Program-made: the position numbers and the translations under genes | Notes under the pieces: model-generated | The model's input: the letters and a program-made list of their open reading frames with translations, nothing else | Told to the model about the DNA's origin: nothing | The model's database searches: none | Shown: one piece after another, positions 25,401 to 39,642 of the stretch | Numbering within the stretch: position 1 is the first letter of the stretch | How the letters are laid out: every line of letters starts with the position of its first letter | Assembly: GCF_009914755.1 (NCBI RefSeq) | Contig: NC_060941.1 | Length of the DNA: 64,000 nt | Source: the human T2T-CHM13v2.0 reference genome, Homo sapiens | Reading direction: 5' to 3' (one strand)

Positions 25401-26429
25401 TGAATGTTGAGTGTATCTAACTGGGTAAAACTGGAGGCAGGGAAGAGGCTGTCACCACTTTTCAGATGAAACACAGAATGAGCGTTCCAATGACCAGAGA
25501 GGAGGGGAGAGAGGAGGGAAAGAGCCAGACAGGTACAAAAATGCTAGGCCCCCCAGGACCTGATGACTAAGTGGCTGAGGCGAGGAGGGAGGCAGGAGAA
25601 GTTCACATCATGGCCACACTTCTGGCCTGGACAGCAGAGAGGAATGAAGCCATCCATGGAGATCAGGAAGGCTTTCTGTTCTGTGACGCCCCAGGAAGGC
25701 CCGTCATGGCACAAAAGCCAATAAACACCAGAGCTATGCCCCAGCCCCTCATCACTCCATCCTACACAGGTCCTGGGCAGGGTGCACACCTGGGCAAGCT
25801 GAGGTCAGCCCCACAGCAGCATCTAAGGGCTGCAGCGGGGGGACTTGCCAGCTGAGCAGCTGAAGCCACGGCAATTTATGCTGTTTTTCTCAGATCCATT
25901 TGGTTCTAAGTCAGCTGTAGATGAGCTTCGCCCACAACTGCCGCTCTTTTAATTTAATTGTGTGGTGCTGGGGTGTTTTTCCCCCTAGCAAATACATCAA
26001 AATTGTCATCTTGTAAATAAACAGCCCTCTTCCCCCACTCAGTACCCACCATGCACCAGCACTCCCCTGACATGCACGCACAGCGGCAACAGCTGGGAGG
26101 GAGGGCGGCCTGCAAGGGCTGTGGATCCCCAAGGAAAGCAAGGGAGGCGCCCCTGGAGGAAAGTGAGCAACAGACGTGCCCTAGACTGCCTTCAGAGCCA
26201 GAGAGAGCTCAGGGACAGAGCACTTCCACAGGCCTCCGCTGACGGGAGACTACAGGGAGCTGTGAACAGGCCAGCAGTAAACTGGACCATTGGGGCAGAG
26301 ACTTAGCCTCTCTAAGCCTCAGTCTTCCTATCTGAAAAATGAGCCTTATTGTGAATCAAAATAAACACAGCTGCACCGAGGCCTGTAAAATGTAGAGCGT
26401 TTGACTATCTAATAAGTGTGTTGTTATAC

Positions 26430-26665
26430 AGCTGTAGAGTAGCATTTATAGGTGCAGCCTTGAGCTTTATCCTGGCTTCCTTACTGGCAGTGTGAGCTTG
26501 GACGTATTACTTAACCTCTCTGTGCCTCCATTTCTTGATCTGTAAAAGAGGACTATGAAGGGTACCCAACTCATAGCATTGTTGTGAGAAGTAAATGAAG
26601 TACATTAAAGAGTTTAGAACAGAGCCGGCACATAGTAAGGGACTGACAGATGTCAGCTATTCATG
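26430..26665 (+). mobile_element. MIR (a second MIR fragment precedes it at ~26300-26420)
   Basis: 'ttacttaacctctctgtgcctccatttcttgatctgtaaaa'. Confidence 0.8.
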
Positions 26666-26756
26666 TCATATGCAGAAGGAAACTTTTATTTTAGATGCTC
26701 AGCGCCCCTCCAGGTTCCTCAGCCTCTTAACTCCCAAGCTGTATAAAGACTGAGGG

Positions 26757-27060
26757 GGCCGGGCACAGTGGCTCATGCCTATAATCACAGTGCTTTGGGA
26801 GGTGGAGGCAGGAGGATTGCTTGAGCCCAGCAGTGCAAGACCAGCCTGACCAACATAGTGAGACCCTATCTCTACAAAAAAAAAAAAAAAAAAAGTTAAT
26901 TAGCCAGGTGCAGTGGCAGATGCCTGAAGTCCCAGCTACTTGGGAGACTGAGGCAGGAAGGATCCCTTGAGCCCAGGAGTTTGGGGTGGCAGTGAGCTAT
27001 GATTGCTCCACTGCACTCCAGACTGGGCAACAAAGTGAGACTTCCCTCTCCAAAATAAAT
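26757..27060 (+). mobile_element. Alu (AluJ) with expanded central A-linker
   Basis: Dimeric Alu; TSD TAAAGA(C/A)TGAG. Confidence 0.95.
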
Positions 27061-27171
27061 AAAGAATGAGAAGGAGAGATAATTGGAGGTTCAGGACACC
27101 ACAGCAAGAATTCTTTTAGCTGAGTTTTCACCCTTGAAAACCAGACCTCACTGTGGAATGTGTTGTCCCTC

Positions 27172-27298
27172 CATACACACACACACACACACACGCCCGT
27201 GCGCACACACACACACCCACACACACACGCACGCACATGCCCGCGCACACACACACACACGCCCGCACACACACATGCACACACACACATGCACACAC
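27172..27298. repeat. Mixed (CA)n/(CG) purine-pyrimidine microsatellite
   Basis: Direct read. Confidence 0.9.
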
Positions 27299-27444
27299 GG
27301 AAGAGTGACATTGCAGTGGTAGGTGGCCCAACTAGAAAGGAATAAAGAAGGGGAGAGAAGACACTAGCACATTCCCACATGGCAAGAAAGTGTAGAAGTC
27401 CCTTCTCTCAGGTTGAGGAGCCAACAGGAAGAAGGGAACAAAAA

Positions 27445-27770
27445 TTCATTCATTCCAGAAATATCAGTGATTCATCACCTAGTGTTCTCGGTGCTGGGAA
27501 TAGAGCTGTGAAGAAAACTGACAATGTCCCTCTTCCTTGGAAATTCCATTCTGGGTGAAGTGATGGAAAACCTGGGCTCTGGCATCAGCTTGGTGGCTTT
27601 GGGCCCCATCTTGTCACGTTTAAATTTTGTGATCTTCCACAAGTCATTTAATACGCCTCCTCACCCCAGTTTCCTTCTTCATAAAGAGGAATGATAATTC
27701 CTGCCTTGCCATGTTGGTGTGATGATCAAATGAGACTGCCTGCCTTTTAGGAGCTCCATAAATGCTTGTT
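27445..27770. mobile_element. L2 (-) fragment followed by MIR (+)
   Basis: 'ttcattcattccagaaatat...gtgctgggaatagagctgtgaa', then 'gggctctggcatcag...cccagtttccttcttcataaagagg'. Confidence 0.6.
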
Positions 27771-27809
27771 TTTAGGTTCTACGTTATTTTAATTGTTTAA
27801 ATCTGAGCG

Positions 27810-28230
27810 GCGGAGACTGTCAGCTGTCCCTGCTTTCCTAAGTAATGAACCTCTAGGTTTTAACTGGGCACCTGGCTCTCCAGAATCAACTACATTTCCT
27901 AGCCTCCTTTGCCACTAAACTTGGCCAGTGATGTGAGAAGTGACATGGGTACCTCTGGGTTGTGCTCTTGGAGAAGGTGGCCTGGCTGGCCCTGCAGCCC
28001 CACAGCTCCGTTTGCTCTCTCCCCTCAGCTAGAAGACAGACCCAGTGGACACCGTGGTGACTCCTCTTGGCCATGCCAAGGAGGGCAGCACCCTAAGGAA
28101 TGGACCCAGGGACAACCCTACTCAGTTGGACTGCTTACGGCCAGCCTGTCAACCTAGGAAAGAAATAACTTCTGATCTTGTTTAAGTGACTGTTACTTTA
28201 GGTCTGTGTCACAGCTGACCCTGTATCCCA
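27810..28230 (+). mobile_element. MLT1J-like solo LTR
   Basis: 'actacatttcctagcctcctttgcc...gaaataacttctgatcttgtttaagtgactg'. Confidence 0.7.
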
Positions 28231-28419
28231 GTTACAGCAATCTGGGATCTAGACATGATAACACTATTTGGCCTGAGTCTCCACAGCCTGCCACTGCAGC
28301 TCAATAGTGAGGAGTGAAAAAGAACATGAGATGTAAGACCTTTGCACATAATGAAGTGACATGCACCTGTGAGCTGCTCCAGTAATTCTGAAGGGGTATG
28401 CCTGAGGATGAGGAGGGTA

Positions 28420-28680
28420 AGAATGGACTGATGGGACATCAAGGAAGAAGAGACTGGGTTAGTTACTGATTGGATGAGGGCAATGAAAACACAAGTCTGT
28501 AAGGACTCCAAAGTATCTCATTTGGGAAATGAAAAGGATGGTGCTATACCTAGTCCCATGTCATCACTGGAGAGATAAGCCAATCTGGTGGGGAAAGGTG
28601 ACAAGCTCAGTATGGGACACATAGAGTTGGGTGTGTGCATGGCCTCCAGATAGAGATGTCCCAGGTGCAGAGAGACTTGG
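28420..28680 (-). mobile_element. L2 internal fragment
   Basis: 'aaggactccaaagtatctcatttgggaaatgaaaaggatggtgcta...tcagtatgggacacatagagtt'. Confidence 0.5.
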
Positions 28681-28869
28681 GGGCTGGAGGTGTCATTCTT
28701 TTTGGCTGTCCAACATCTGAATCCCCTTCCCATGTTAAAGGAATCCCCACTCTTGTGTCAGGGCTAGCTTCCCATCGTCCAGATGAAGAGTACCAGTTGA
28801 TCACTTTCCAGCCTCCCTTGCAGCTAGGAGAGGCACCTGACCTGGGCCAGATCACACAAGGTGTGCTGT

Positions 28870-29953
<1,084 letters not shown>

Positions 29954-30759
29954 TGGTGTCTTTTCTAAGAAGCTCAAACTTGTACAAGCCTCTGTGGGGC
30001 CAGCAATGCGAAAGAACAGCAGATGGATCCCCTTCGTGCCACCCTCACTTTAGGTGACGCTGGAAGAATCTGAGCTGCCAAAATCAGAGTTCAGGTCCCC
30101 TTTTCTCCCCCAACCTACCAGAGAGGACTCAAACTTGAGATGTGCAGAGTAAGGTGCAGGCAGAAACTGTAGCCAAGGCCTCAGGGACGGGGATGAGCAC
30201 TCACTCTGCTTCTCCTTGGTGCTGGCCCTGGTCTCCTGGGCACAAATCTACTTGGACAGAAATAATCAGCCAAATTAATTTAGCTTTAAATAGCAGCACT
30301 GAGAATGTTTCCACAAAATTTTCTCCGAGGAGAGCTAAGCAGAATTAATGATGGCACAATATCAGAGAGAAATGTTATTTATTAAGGCCTAATCATTCCA
30401 GGGAGGGGGGAAGTCATCACACAAAATAAAGTGGAAATCAGCCAGCTCAGTCCAGCCCTGCTCAGCCCAGCAGCCAAGGAGGGGCCCTGGGAGGCTGTGA
30501 CCGGGGGAGCCTCGTAGTCTGGTTTCCTGCAAAGCCAACAGCGCCTGCTGGGGTCTCCTTGGTACTTGAGGGCTGGGCTTCCCTGTTCCAACCACATTCC
30601 TCGTGGCTGTGTCCACACCAGCTCATTTGTTCCATGCTGATCCCCTCTAAAGGGAAACAGCCTCAACTGCACAAGACACCCTCAAGGAATAAAGTTCCCT
30701 AAGAGAAGAAATTGTCCCACCCCTCCGCACTTCCTGCTGCCCCCTCCTTAAAAGTTCCT

Positions 30760-31420
<661 letters not shown>

Positions 31421-31919
31421 CAGGGAGATCATGGCAGAGGCTGGATTTGTTCTCTTCAGAGCAGTAATTATATTACAAAGAGGGCAGGGACTAGCCAAAG
31501 TTGGAGAACACTCAAAAGCAAGATGAAATCCAGGGGAGAAAGGGTGAGGGGCCACTTACTGGGCAACCCCTGTTCACCTTGAGGTCTTCTCCCATGATGC
31601 TATGGCCACCAACGTGGCCACAGATGTGACACTGTGTGTGTTACTGTGAGGACTGTTTGGTCCCTACCTAAAGGGGTTGCTGTCTACTAGAAAGGGCAAG
31701 ACATTGGTTCCATTCACGAGACATTTATTAAGCAACTACTATGTTTCAGTTGCCATTTTCCTTAAGACATTGACACAGTAAAATAGGTCTGAAGGGAACT
31801 GGCTCCCATCTGCTGGGGGCGCACTGTATAGGGGCAGGCAGGGGCTCTGGGTCTGTCGTCCAAAATGCAGGTTCTGCAGTCATAGAGTCCTGGGTTTAAA
31901 TTCTTACTAATTAACTATA

Positions 31920-32723
<804 letters not shown>

Positions 32724-33125
32724 ACTGTAGGTAAGATGTAGAACTCCTCTGAGCTTCAGTTTCTTATGCTGTGAAATAGGTACTACTACCTACCTTGCAG
32801 AATTATTTGGAGTATTAAGTGGATGAGGACGGTCCTGTGGTACCTCATAAACTCTCCAGGATCACAGAGGTTGCCCTCAGTCAGAATCACAAGCCATCAA
32901 TGGCTTGGGTCTGGAGTATGTGAGGAAGAGTAGACCAGACCTTGGATATGTTATACCAGTGGGTACAGGACTCAGTACCCATCCTGCTACAGGAAACAGG
33001 ACTCAGTTTCTTCTCTATAAAGTAAGAATGGCAAGCCTTCCTTCAGATGGGTGCTTAGGATCACATGAGATGCTACTTGGGAAACACCTGGTCCAGGTAA
33101 CTCAATTACTGCCACCCTCCCACTC

Positions 33126-33768
33126 TGTATTAGTCTGCTTAGGCTGTCATAATAAAATACCACAGACCAGGTGTCTTAAACAACAGAAATTTACCTTTTA
33201 CAGTTATGGAGGCTGGAAGTCCAAAATCAGCATGCCGACATGGTAGGGTTGTGGTAAGGACTCTCTTCCTGGCTTGCAGAGGCCGCCTTCTCACTGTGTG
33301 CTTACAAGGCTGTGCACACTCATGGAGAAGGTGAGGAGGGAGAGGAGGAGGAGGGCGAGGAGGGAGAAGGAGATGAGGGAGAGGGAAAGGAGGAACAGGG
33401 AGAGGGACAGGAGGGAGAAGGAGAGGGAAAGGAGGGAGAGGGAAAGGAGGGAGAGGGAGAGGAGGGAGAGGAGGAAAAGCAGGAGAGGAAGAAGAGAGTC
33501 AGGGAGGAGAGGGAGAGGAGGAGAGGGAGAAGGGGAGGAGGGAGAGAGGGAGGTGGGAAGGGGGAGGGAGATGAGGGAGAGGGAGAAGAGGGAGAGGGCG
33601 TTCTCTGGTGTCTCTTCTTATAAGGATACTAATCCTATCAGATTAGGGTGCCGCCCTTATGACATCAGGTAGCCTTAATTACCTCCTAAGGCCCTGTCTC
33701 CAAATACAGTCACACTGGTGGTCGGGGCTTCAACATATGAATTTCAGGGGGCACAACTCAGCCATATT
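33126..33768 (-). mobile_element. MLT1A-like solo LTR with internal GA-rich expansion
   Basis: 'tgtattagtctgcttaggctgtcataataaaataccacagac...ggcttcaacatatgaattt'. Confidence 0.85.
33324..33598. repeat. Polypurine GA-rich minisatellite (~15-bp unit GAGAGGGAAAGGAGG)
   Basis: Direct read. Confidence 0.9.
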
Positions 33769-34226
33769 GCGTCTTCCTCATGCTGCTCAGAGGCTGCCAA
33801 CAACAGCTGCTCATGGCAACGGCAAGGGCTTTCCCTGGGCTGAGCGTCCCTGGGTCTGGAGGCCTTCAGTCAGCAGCTCGAGATGCTCCCCTCGGGCTTC
33901 TGAACCCCAGCTCCAGGTCCCTGTTAGACCTTATTGTTCTACCTGAGACCATTCCCTAGGAAGAAACTGAAGTCAGAAGCAAAATTAGAGATGAGAAACC
34001 TGATTCGCTTGTATTTCTTTACATCAGTTGCTCTAAACAGTGGATTCATCTCTTCCTTATTCATCTTGTTGTTCTAGATAGACTTGAAAATCCTTTCTAG
34101 TGTTAGATTTTTTTTTAACTTCAGAGAATTCTGGATGAAGACTTCCTGCTAGGCAGTTGTGGAAGTAAGTCTCCAGTCAGAATTCTTGGCCAGACATGAA
34201 GGTCTCTTAGCACTTTAAAAGGCTTC

Positions 34227-35253
34227 TGTTTTAGTCCATTTTCTGTTGCTTATAACAGAATACCTAAAACTGGGAAAATTTATTTAAAAAAAATTTTGTT
34301 TCTTACAGTTCCCAAAGGGGGATGTCCAAGGTTGAGGGAGTATACCTAGTGGGAGCCTTCTTGCTGGTAGGGACTGTGCAGAATCCTGAGGCAGCACAGG
34401 GCGTCACATGGCTAGGAGGCTGAACATGCTACCTCAAGTCCCTTTTCTTCTTCTTATAAAGCCACCAATCCTACTCCCATAATAACCCATTAGTCCATTA
34501 ACTCATTAATCCATTAATCCATGAATGGATTAAGCCATTCATAAGGGCATAACCCTCATGACCCAATCACTTCTTTTTTTTTTTTAACATACACATGCAC
34601 GAGTTTATTATTTGGAATAAAGGAAAGACATTATTTCCTTTCTTTTCAGGGTAAATTGGAAGCAATGTAACAGGAACAATTACAAATGCATACATTTATA
34701 TGTATGTATATACTAAACACTTTTATTTTATTTTAAGTTCCAGGACACATGTGCAGAATGTGCAGGTTTGTTTCACAGGTAAACATGTGCCACGGTGGTT
34801 TGCTGCACCTGTCAACCCATCACCTAGGTATTAAGCCCGTATGCATTAGCTATTTATCCTGATGCTCTCCCTCCCCTTGCCCCCCAGGCAGGCCCCAGTG
34901 TGTGCAGTTCCCCTCCCTGTGTTCATGTGTTCTCGTTGTTCAGCTCCCACTTATAAGTGAGAACATGCAGTATTTGGTTTTCTGTTCCTGGTTAGTTTGC
35001 TGAGACTAATGGCTTCCAGCTCCATCCATGTCCCCACAAAGGACATGATCTTGTTCCTTTTTATGGCTGCATAGTATTCCATGGTGTATATGTACCTCAT
35101 TTTCTTTATTCAGTCTATCATTGATGGGCATTTGGGTTGATTTCATGTCTTTGCTGACCCAATCACTCTTAAAGGCCCATCTCTCAGTACTGCCACATTG
35201 GGGATTAAATTTAAATATGAGTTTTGGAAGGCACAAATATTCAACCCATAGCA
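34227..35253 (-). mobile_element. MST (MSTB2/MSTC-like) solo LTR split by an L1 insertion
   Basis: TG...CA ends with perfect TSD GCTTC (34222-34226 and 35254-35258). Confidence 0.9.
34574..35154 (-). mobile_element. 5'-truncated L1PA7/8-like element (34721-35154) with 3'-transduced segment (34586-34720) and poly(A)
   Basis: One TSD (TGACCCAATCACT, 34559-34571 and 35155-35167) brackets L1, unique segment and T12. Confidence 0.85.
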
Positions 35254-35934
35254 GCTTCCTTCTCTTAGATTCCAAAAGATTAAATTCAGTCATTCATAGT
35301 TGAAACAACATGGTAGACATGTATACAGCTCACATTTCAGAGGCAAAATCTCAGGCTGGCATTGGAATTCATTTCAGCCCCTGACCACTCTCACTGACTC
35401 CCAGGGCCATGAGGATTTCTCGCTAGGCCTCAGGAATGATCTTTGACATCCTGGCCTATCCTTCAACTACTCTGATGCATGGGAGGTGGACCTGCATGCC
35501 CTTTCTCCAGGTAAGAAGTTCTCTGTCAAAGCATGCTCTACTCCCTCCCTGCTACAGAGGATAAGTCTCCTGGATTACTCCTCATTAATCCTAAAAACAT
35601 GTAGCCACATGGAGGCCTGTTGAGTGTGAAATGCTCCGTTTCTGTTGGGACCTTTCTGGAGCCTAAAACTAAACATAAATGAAGAAATCCTCCTATTTAG
35701 TCAGACTGGCTTATTAATTTTCCCTCTGAGTAAGCCATGGGGATTTCTGTGTCCTGAAACCTTCCCTCTGCTCTGTTCATGCCTAGGTCTCTTCTCTCTG
35801 CTGAAAAGGCCTCACTGCTACTCCACCAGACGGACATTTGGGATCATGTTTCTCTTACCGAATCAATCATCAATGCCTACATATTCTCCTTCCTAAGTAT
35901 AGAATTATGCATTCCCTACCTTCCTGCAGTGAAC

Positions 35935-36940
35935 ATCTGTGGCTCTTGCCAGCCTAGCATCCATTCCTCCTTCTTCTGATAAGGCACCCTGATGTCGTTT
36001 GGAGAATGGCCCTCCCCAGCTCTCTGTCCATGTGGATTGATGGGTTGCTCTAGGTTGACCCCATAGCCCAGCTGCATGGGTAAGCATACGACCTAGACTC
36101 AGCCAATCAAGGTGGTCTACATCCCTGACCATAGTAATTGATTTGGGGATGGGCATTTGACCTAATCTAAGCCAATTAGAGTCAGATCCTGGACTTGTGT
36201 AGGATCTGTTGGGATTTGTGCAGGGCGCCTTAGCTGTTAAAGGTTAGGTGGACATGTTGATGGCCAACTTACCACCGTAAGGGCAATGATTATTTGAGAA
36301 GCAAGGCTGAGAGATGGGAAGAAGTGGTCTTGGAGTGTCAGTTAGCTTTTGTGGGTAATAACTGACCACGATACATCAGCTGCATACCACAATAAGCTTT
36401 TATTCTCATGGATGCGCAGGTCGGCTGCAGTTCAGTTGAACTAGGTCAGGCTCAGCCAGGCAGTCTGCTTCAGGCTGGGCTGGTTATGGTGGCTCTGCTC
36501 CACATGGTATTACCTACCTTGGGCCAGCAGGCTAGCTAGTTCTCATAAAAATGGCAGAGGGACAAGACAGCAAGCAGAAACACCTAAAGTCTCTCAAGGC
36601 CAGGACTCAGATCTGCCATTTCTGCTCCATCCCATGGGCCAAAGCAAGTCACATGGCCCAGCCCAGCGTCAAAGGGAACTGAAATCCACTCTACTCCCTA
36701 GTGGAAGGAACTGAAATGTGCCATTACCAAAGGCATTCGTACAAAGAAGACTTAAGGCTTGGGGCCAGGAATGCAATCTACAACAGGTGGTCTCATTTGA
36801 GCCCTAGGTCTAGCTGAACCAGAGTCAGCTTCACCACTTGAGTCCAGTTGATCTCCTTCCCCAATCTTGCCCTGCTCATACCTTGACAGACTCTGTGTTT
36901 TGTTTAACCACAGAGGCAATTCTCTTCTAAAAGAAGAGCC
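35935..36940 (+). mobile_element. Old LTR (MLT1K/L-like) interrupted by another LTR
   Basis: 'cctagcatccattcctccttcttctgataaggcaccctga...ccatagtaattgatttggggatgggcatttgacctaa'; resumes 'catttgagccctaggtctagctg'. Confidence 0.6.
36336..36785 (-). mobile_element. MLT1H/I-like solo LTR
   Basis: TGTCAGTTAGC ... 'gccaaagcaagtcacatggcccagccca' ... CTACAACA. Confidence 0.75.
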
Positions 36941-36944
36941 CTAA

Positions 36945-37500
36945 TTCATATTGATTCCCCTATGTGATGAGCAATGTGCTAGGAGCTGTCATCCATTCTC
37001 ACACTTGAATCTTCCAGTGGCTCTGTGAGGTGGCCGTGAACATCCCCATTTCACAAACAGGAAATAGGATCAGAGGGCTTGTGTAACTTGTCGGAAGTCT
37101 TATGGTGAGGAAGAGCTGAGTGGCCGGGGTTGCAAGTCCAGGTGGTCTACCTGAGAATGAAGCTCATGCTTTTTCCACTTTGTAATTGTGACTTTTTACC
37201 CTGAAAGTGGGTGGCACAGATCCTATGCCCCATCCTACTCTCAGCCAGCCAAACTAATAATAATAACAGCTAATGTTTCCTGAGCCCCTGCTGTGTGCAA
37301 GATAATGTGCTAAGCATTTCAAATGCATTCACTTGGGCCATCTTTACAAAAGCCCTGAATGTAGGTATTAGTATCATTCCCATTTGACAGATAAGGAAAC
37401 TGAGCCTCAGAAAGGTTAGAAACCACCCGGCTAGTATGTGGTGGGGCCAGGGCTCCAACCTCTCCTATGTGGCAGCAAAGCCTGGCTTCATGGCCTCTGT
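36945..37500 (-). mobile_element. Two MIR elements (~36945-37180 and ~37255-37500)
   Basis: 'cccatttgacagataaggaaactgagcctcagaaaggtta'. Confidence 0.8.
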
Positions 37501-37699
37501 TCAGGCCAAAGGGAGGTTCCCTTAAAACCCCTTAAAATGCTGAGGGAGTGAAGGGGCAGAAAGGTCAAAGGCCTCTAATCTAGACCACCCTGCCTCTTCT
37601 CAGGAAACCAATCCTCCCACAGCTTTCCCAGCCCCCATGGGTTCTTGGGTCACTCCTCAATGCCTGGTCACCAGCCTCTGTGCCAATGAGCCAACCCTC

Positions 37700-38090
37700 C
37701 CTTTGGCTGCAGACGTGATAAATGGCTCCAATTATCCCCTCTGAGCTCTGATTTAATGTAATGTTTTATTAATGACAACTATCAGAGGAAAGCAAAGAGC
37801 CCACTGCATACCAGCCGCCTGCCTCCATGCAGAAGCATGCTCTCTGGGTACAGAAATGAAAGGGTGGGAGGGGAAAGGCACCACCCCCAACCCCAATCCC
37901 AAGGCAGGGAAACAGCTCACCACCCCTCCCCACGCAGGCCTCGGGCTGAATGAATGCCACTTTTTTGCCTGGCATATTCCACCCATTACTAATGCTTTGC
38001 CGCTTCCTTGACTGACAAATTAGGGGTTTGAACAAAATGTGGTGAGGGAGGGGGGAGATGGCAGCTGCCCACCCTGCAATTAAGAAGGGG
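37700..38090. promoter_or_regulatory. Candidate developmental enhancer
   Basis: Repeat-free; TGATAAATGG (37716), TGATTTAATG (37749), TTTTATTAATGACA, TGACTGACA, CAATTAA. Confidence 0.4.
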
Positions 38091-38629
38091 GTGAGAGAAA
38101 AGGGGGGCCACCCTACAAACATTCCTTCATCTCTCCCAGCTTTGGCTGAGTGTTTCAGGAGTGGGTGTGAGTGACTCTGTGAACCACTGTGAGCTCTCCT
38201 CTCAGAACCTGCCTTCTAGGTCCTCCCACTGGTCCAAGGCTGACACTTGTCCCCCAGCCCTCAGATCTGTCACCTCAAAGCATCTGAGACAGACTGGACA
38301 GGTTTCATTTGTCCCATTGGACAGATGGGAAACTTGGGTCGAGAGAGAGGCAGTGTCTTCTCCCAGGTCACAGTGGAAACAAAGCCAGGACTGACAGTCA
38401 AGCCCCTGACTCAGGCTGGGATCCTCCTCCTACACAAAGCTACATTAAATGGCAGGGCACAGCTCTAGTGGAGAAGGGGCTGGATGTCTTCTCCCCTCTA
38501 CCAAAGCAGAGTCTGAGTTATTAGGCACCGGCGAATTCTGCAAGGGCGTGTCTATGTGTGTGTATACGCTAAGACCCACCTGATACTGTGAAAGCTTCCT
38601 CGGTATTAAGGTGGTAGAAAGCAGCCTGA

Positions 38630-39350
38630 CGTTATTCATTTAGCAACAGTTACTGAGTGCCCACCACAGGCACCTGCTTGGGAAATAATGAAGGACTTAT
38701 TATTATTATTCCCAGACCTCACTTCAAAAACATTTTAAAAAGTTAATGAACCATCTCAATACCCTCAAAAAGTGCTGTAAAGGACACAGGCACAGAGGCC
38801 ATGGGAGCCCCAGAAGGGGATACCTAAGCTATCCTTGGTGGGATGAGGTCAAGGAAAACTTCCCGGGGGGAGATGTCCAAGATGAGGCTGAAAAGAATAG
38901 GAATTAGCCAAGTGAAGGGGATGGAAGGTGATTTGGGCAAAGGGATAGGGGAGAGAACTTTCAAGGGGAAGAATGGATGGGGCTCAAATTTCTCGGAGAA
39001 GGAGGCATTGGCTAGAGAGCCCAAAAATGCAACAGAGTTTAGAGGGAGCCAGGTCCTACAGGGCCAGGGTAGGGAAGCTGTGCTCCCTTACCCTGCCCCG
39101 AGGAGCAATTACAGCTTCAAGCAGGGAAGCGAGGTCTGCACTTTAGCAAAAGCATCCCAGCCGCCTGTGGAGAAGGGACGGAGCCCAGCAGGACTGTGCT
39201 GGGTAATCAGCAAAAGGCTGTTACAGAGGTCCAGAGTAGGGAGCGGGAGGTCCAGGCTGTGGCTTGGGTTTGGGAAGGCGGCAAGGGAGATTCAAGATAT
39301 GCTGAGGAACTTGTAGCCAACTGACCGAGGCAGGCAGGGTGGGGAAGAAA
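38630..39350 (-). mobile_element. L2 fragments
   Basis: 'ttcatttagcaacagttactgagtgccc...gaggctgaaaagaataggaattagccaag...cttcaagcagggaagcgagg'. Confidence 0.6.
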
Positions 39351-39368
39351 GCATCAAAATGCTGCTGC

Positions 39369-39642
39369 ATGGTGGCTCACACCTGTAATCCCAGCACTTT
39401 GGGAGGCTGAGGCGGGCGGATCGTGAGGTCAGGAGTTTGAGACCAACATGGTGAAACCCCGTCTCTACTAAAAATACAAAAATTAGCCGATTGTGGTGGT
39501 GGGTGCCTGTAATCCCAGCTACTCAGGAGGCTGAGGCAGGAGAATCGCTGAACCTGGGAGGCGGAGGTTGCAGTGAGCCAATATCGTGCCACTGCCCTCC
39601 AGCCTGGGCAACAGAGCGAGACTCCATCTCAAAAAAAAAAAA
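39369..39642 (+). mobile_element. Alu (AluSg/Sc-like), 5'-truncated with a small internal deletion
   Basis: TSD AAAATGCTGCTGC at 39356-39368 and 39643-39655. Confidence 0.95.

Noticed and set aside
33274-33672. Glu/Gly-rich and Arg/Glu-rich ORFs resembling RPGR ORF15
   Set aside because: Translations of a GA-rich expansion inside an MLT1A LTR; the similarity is compositional only.
34485-34545. CCATTAAT tandem repeats and hairpin
   Set aside because: As I recall, this belongs to the MST LTR consensus rather than being a locus-specific feature.
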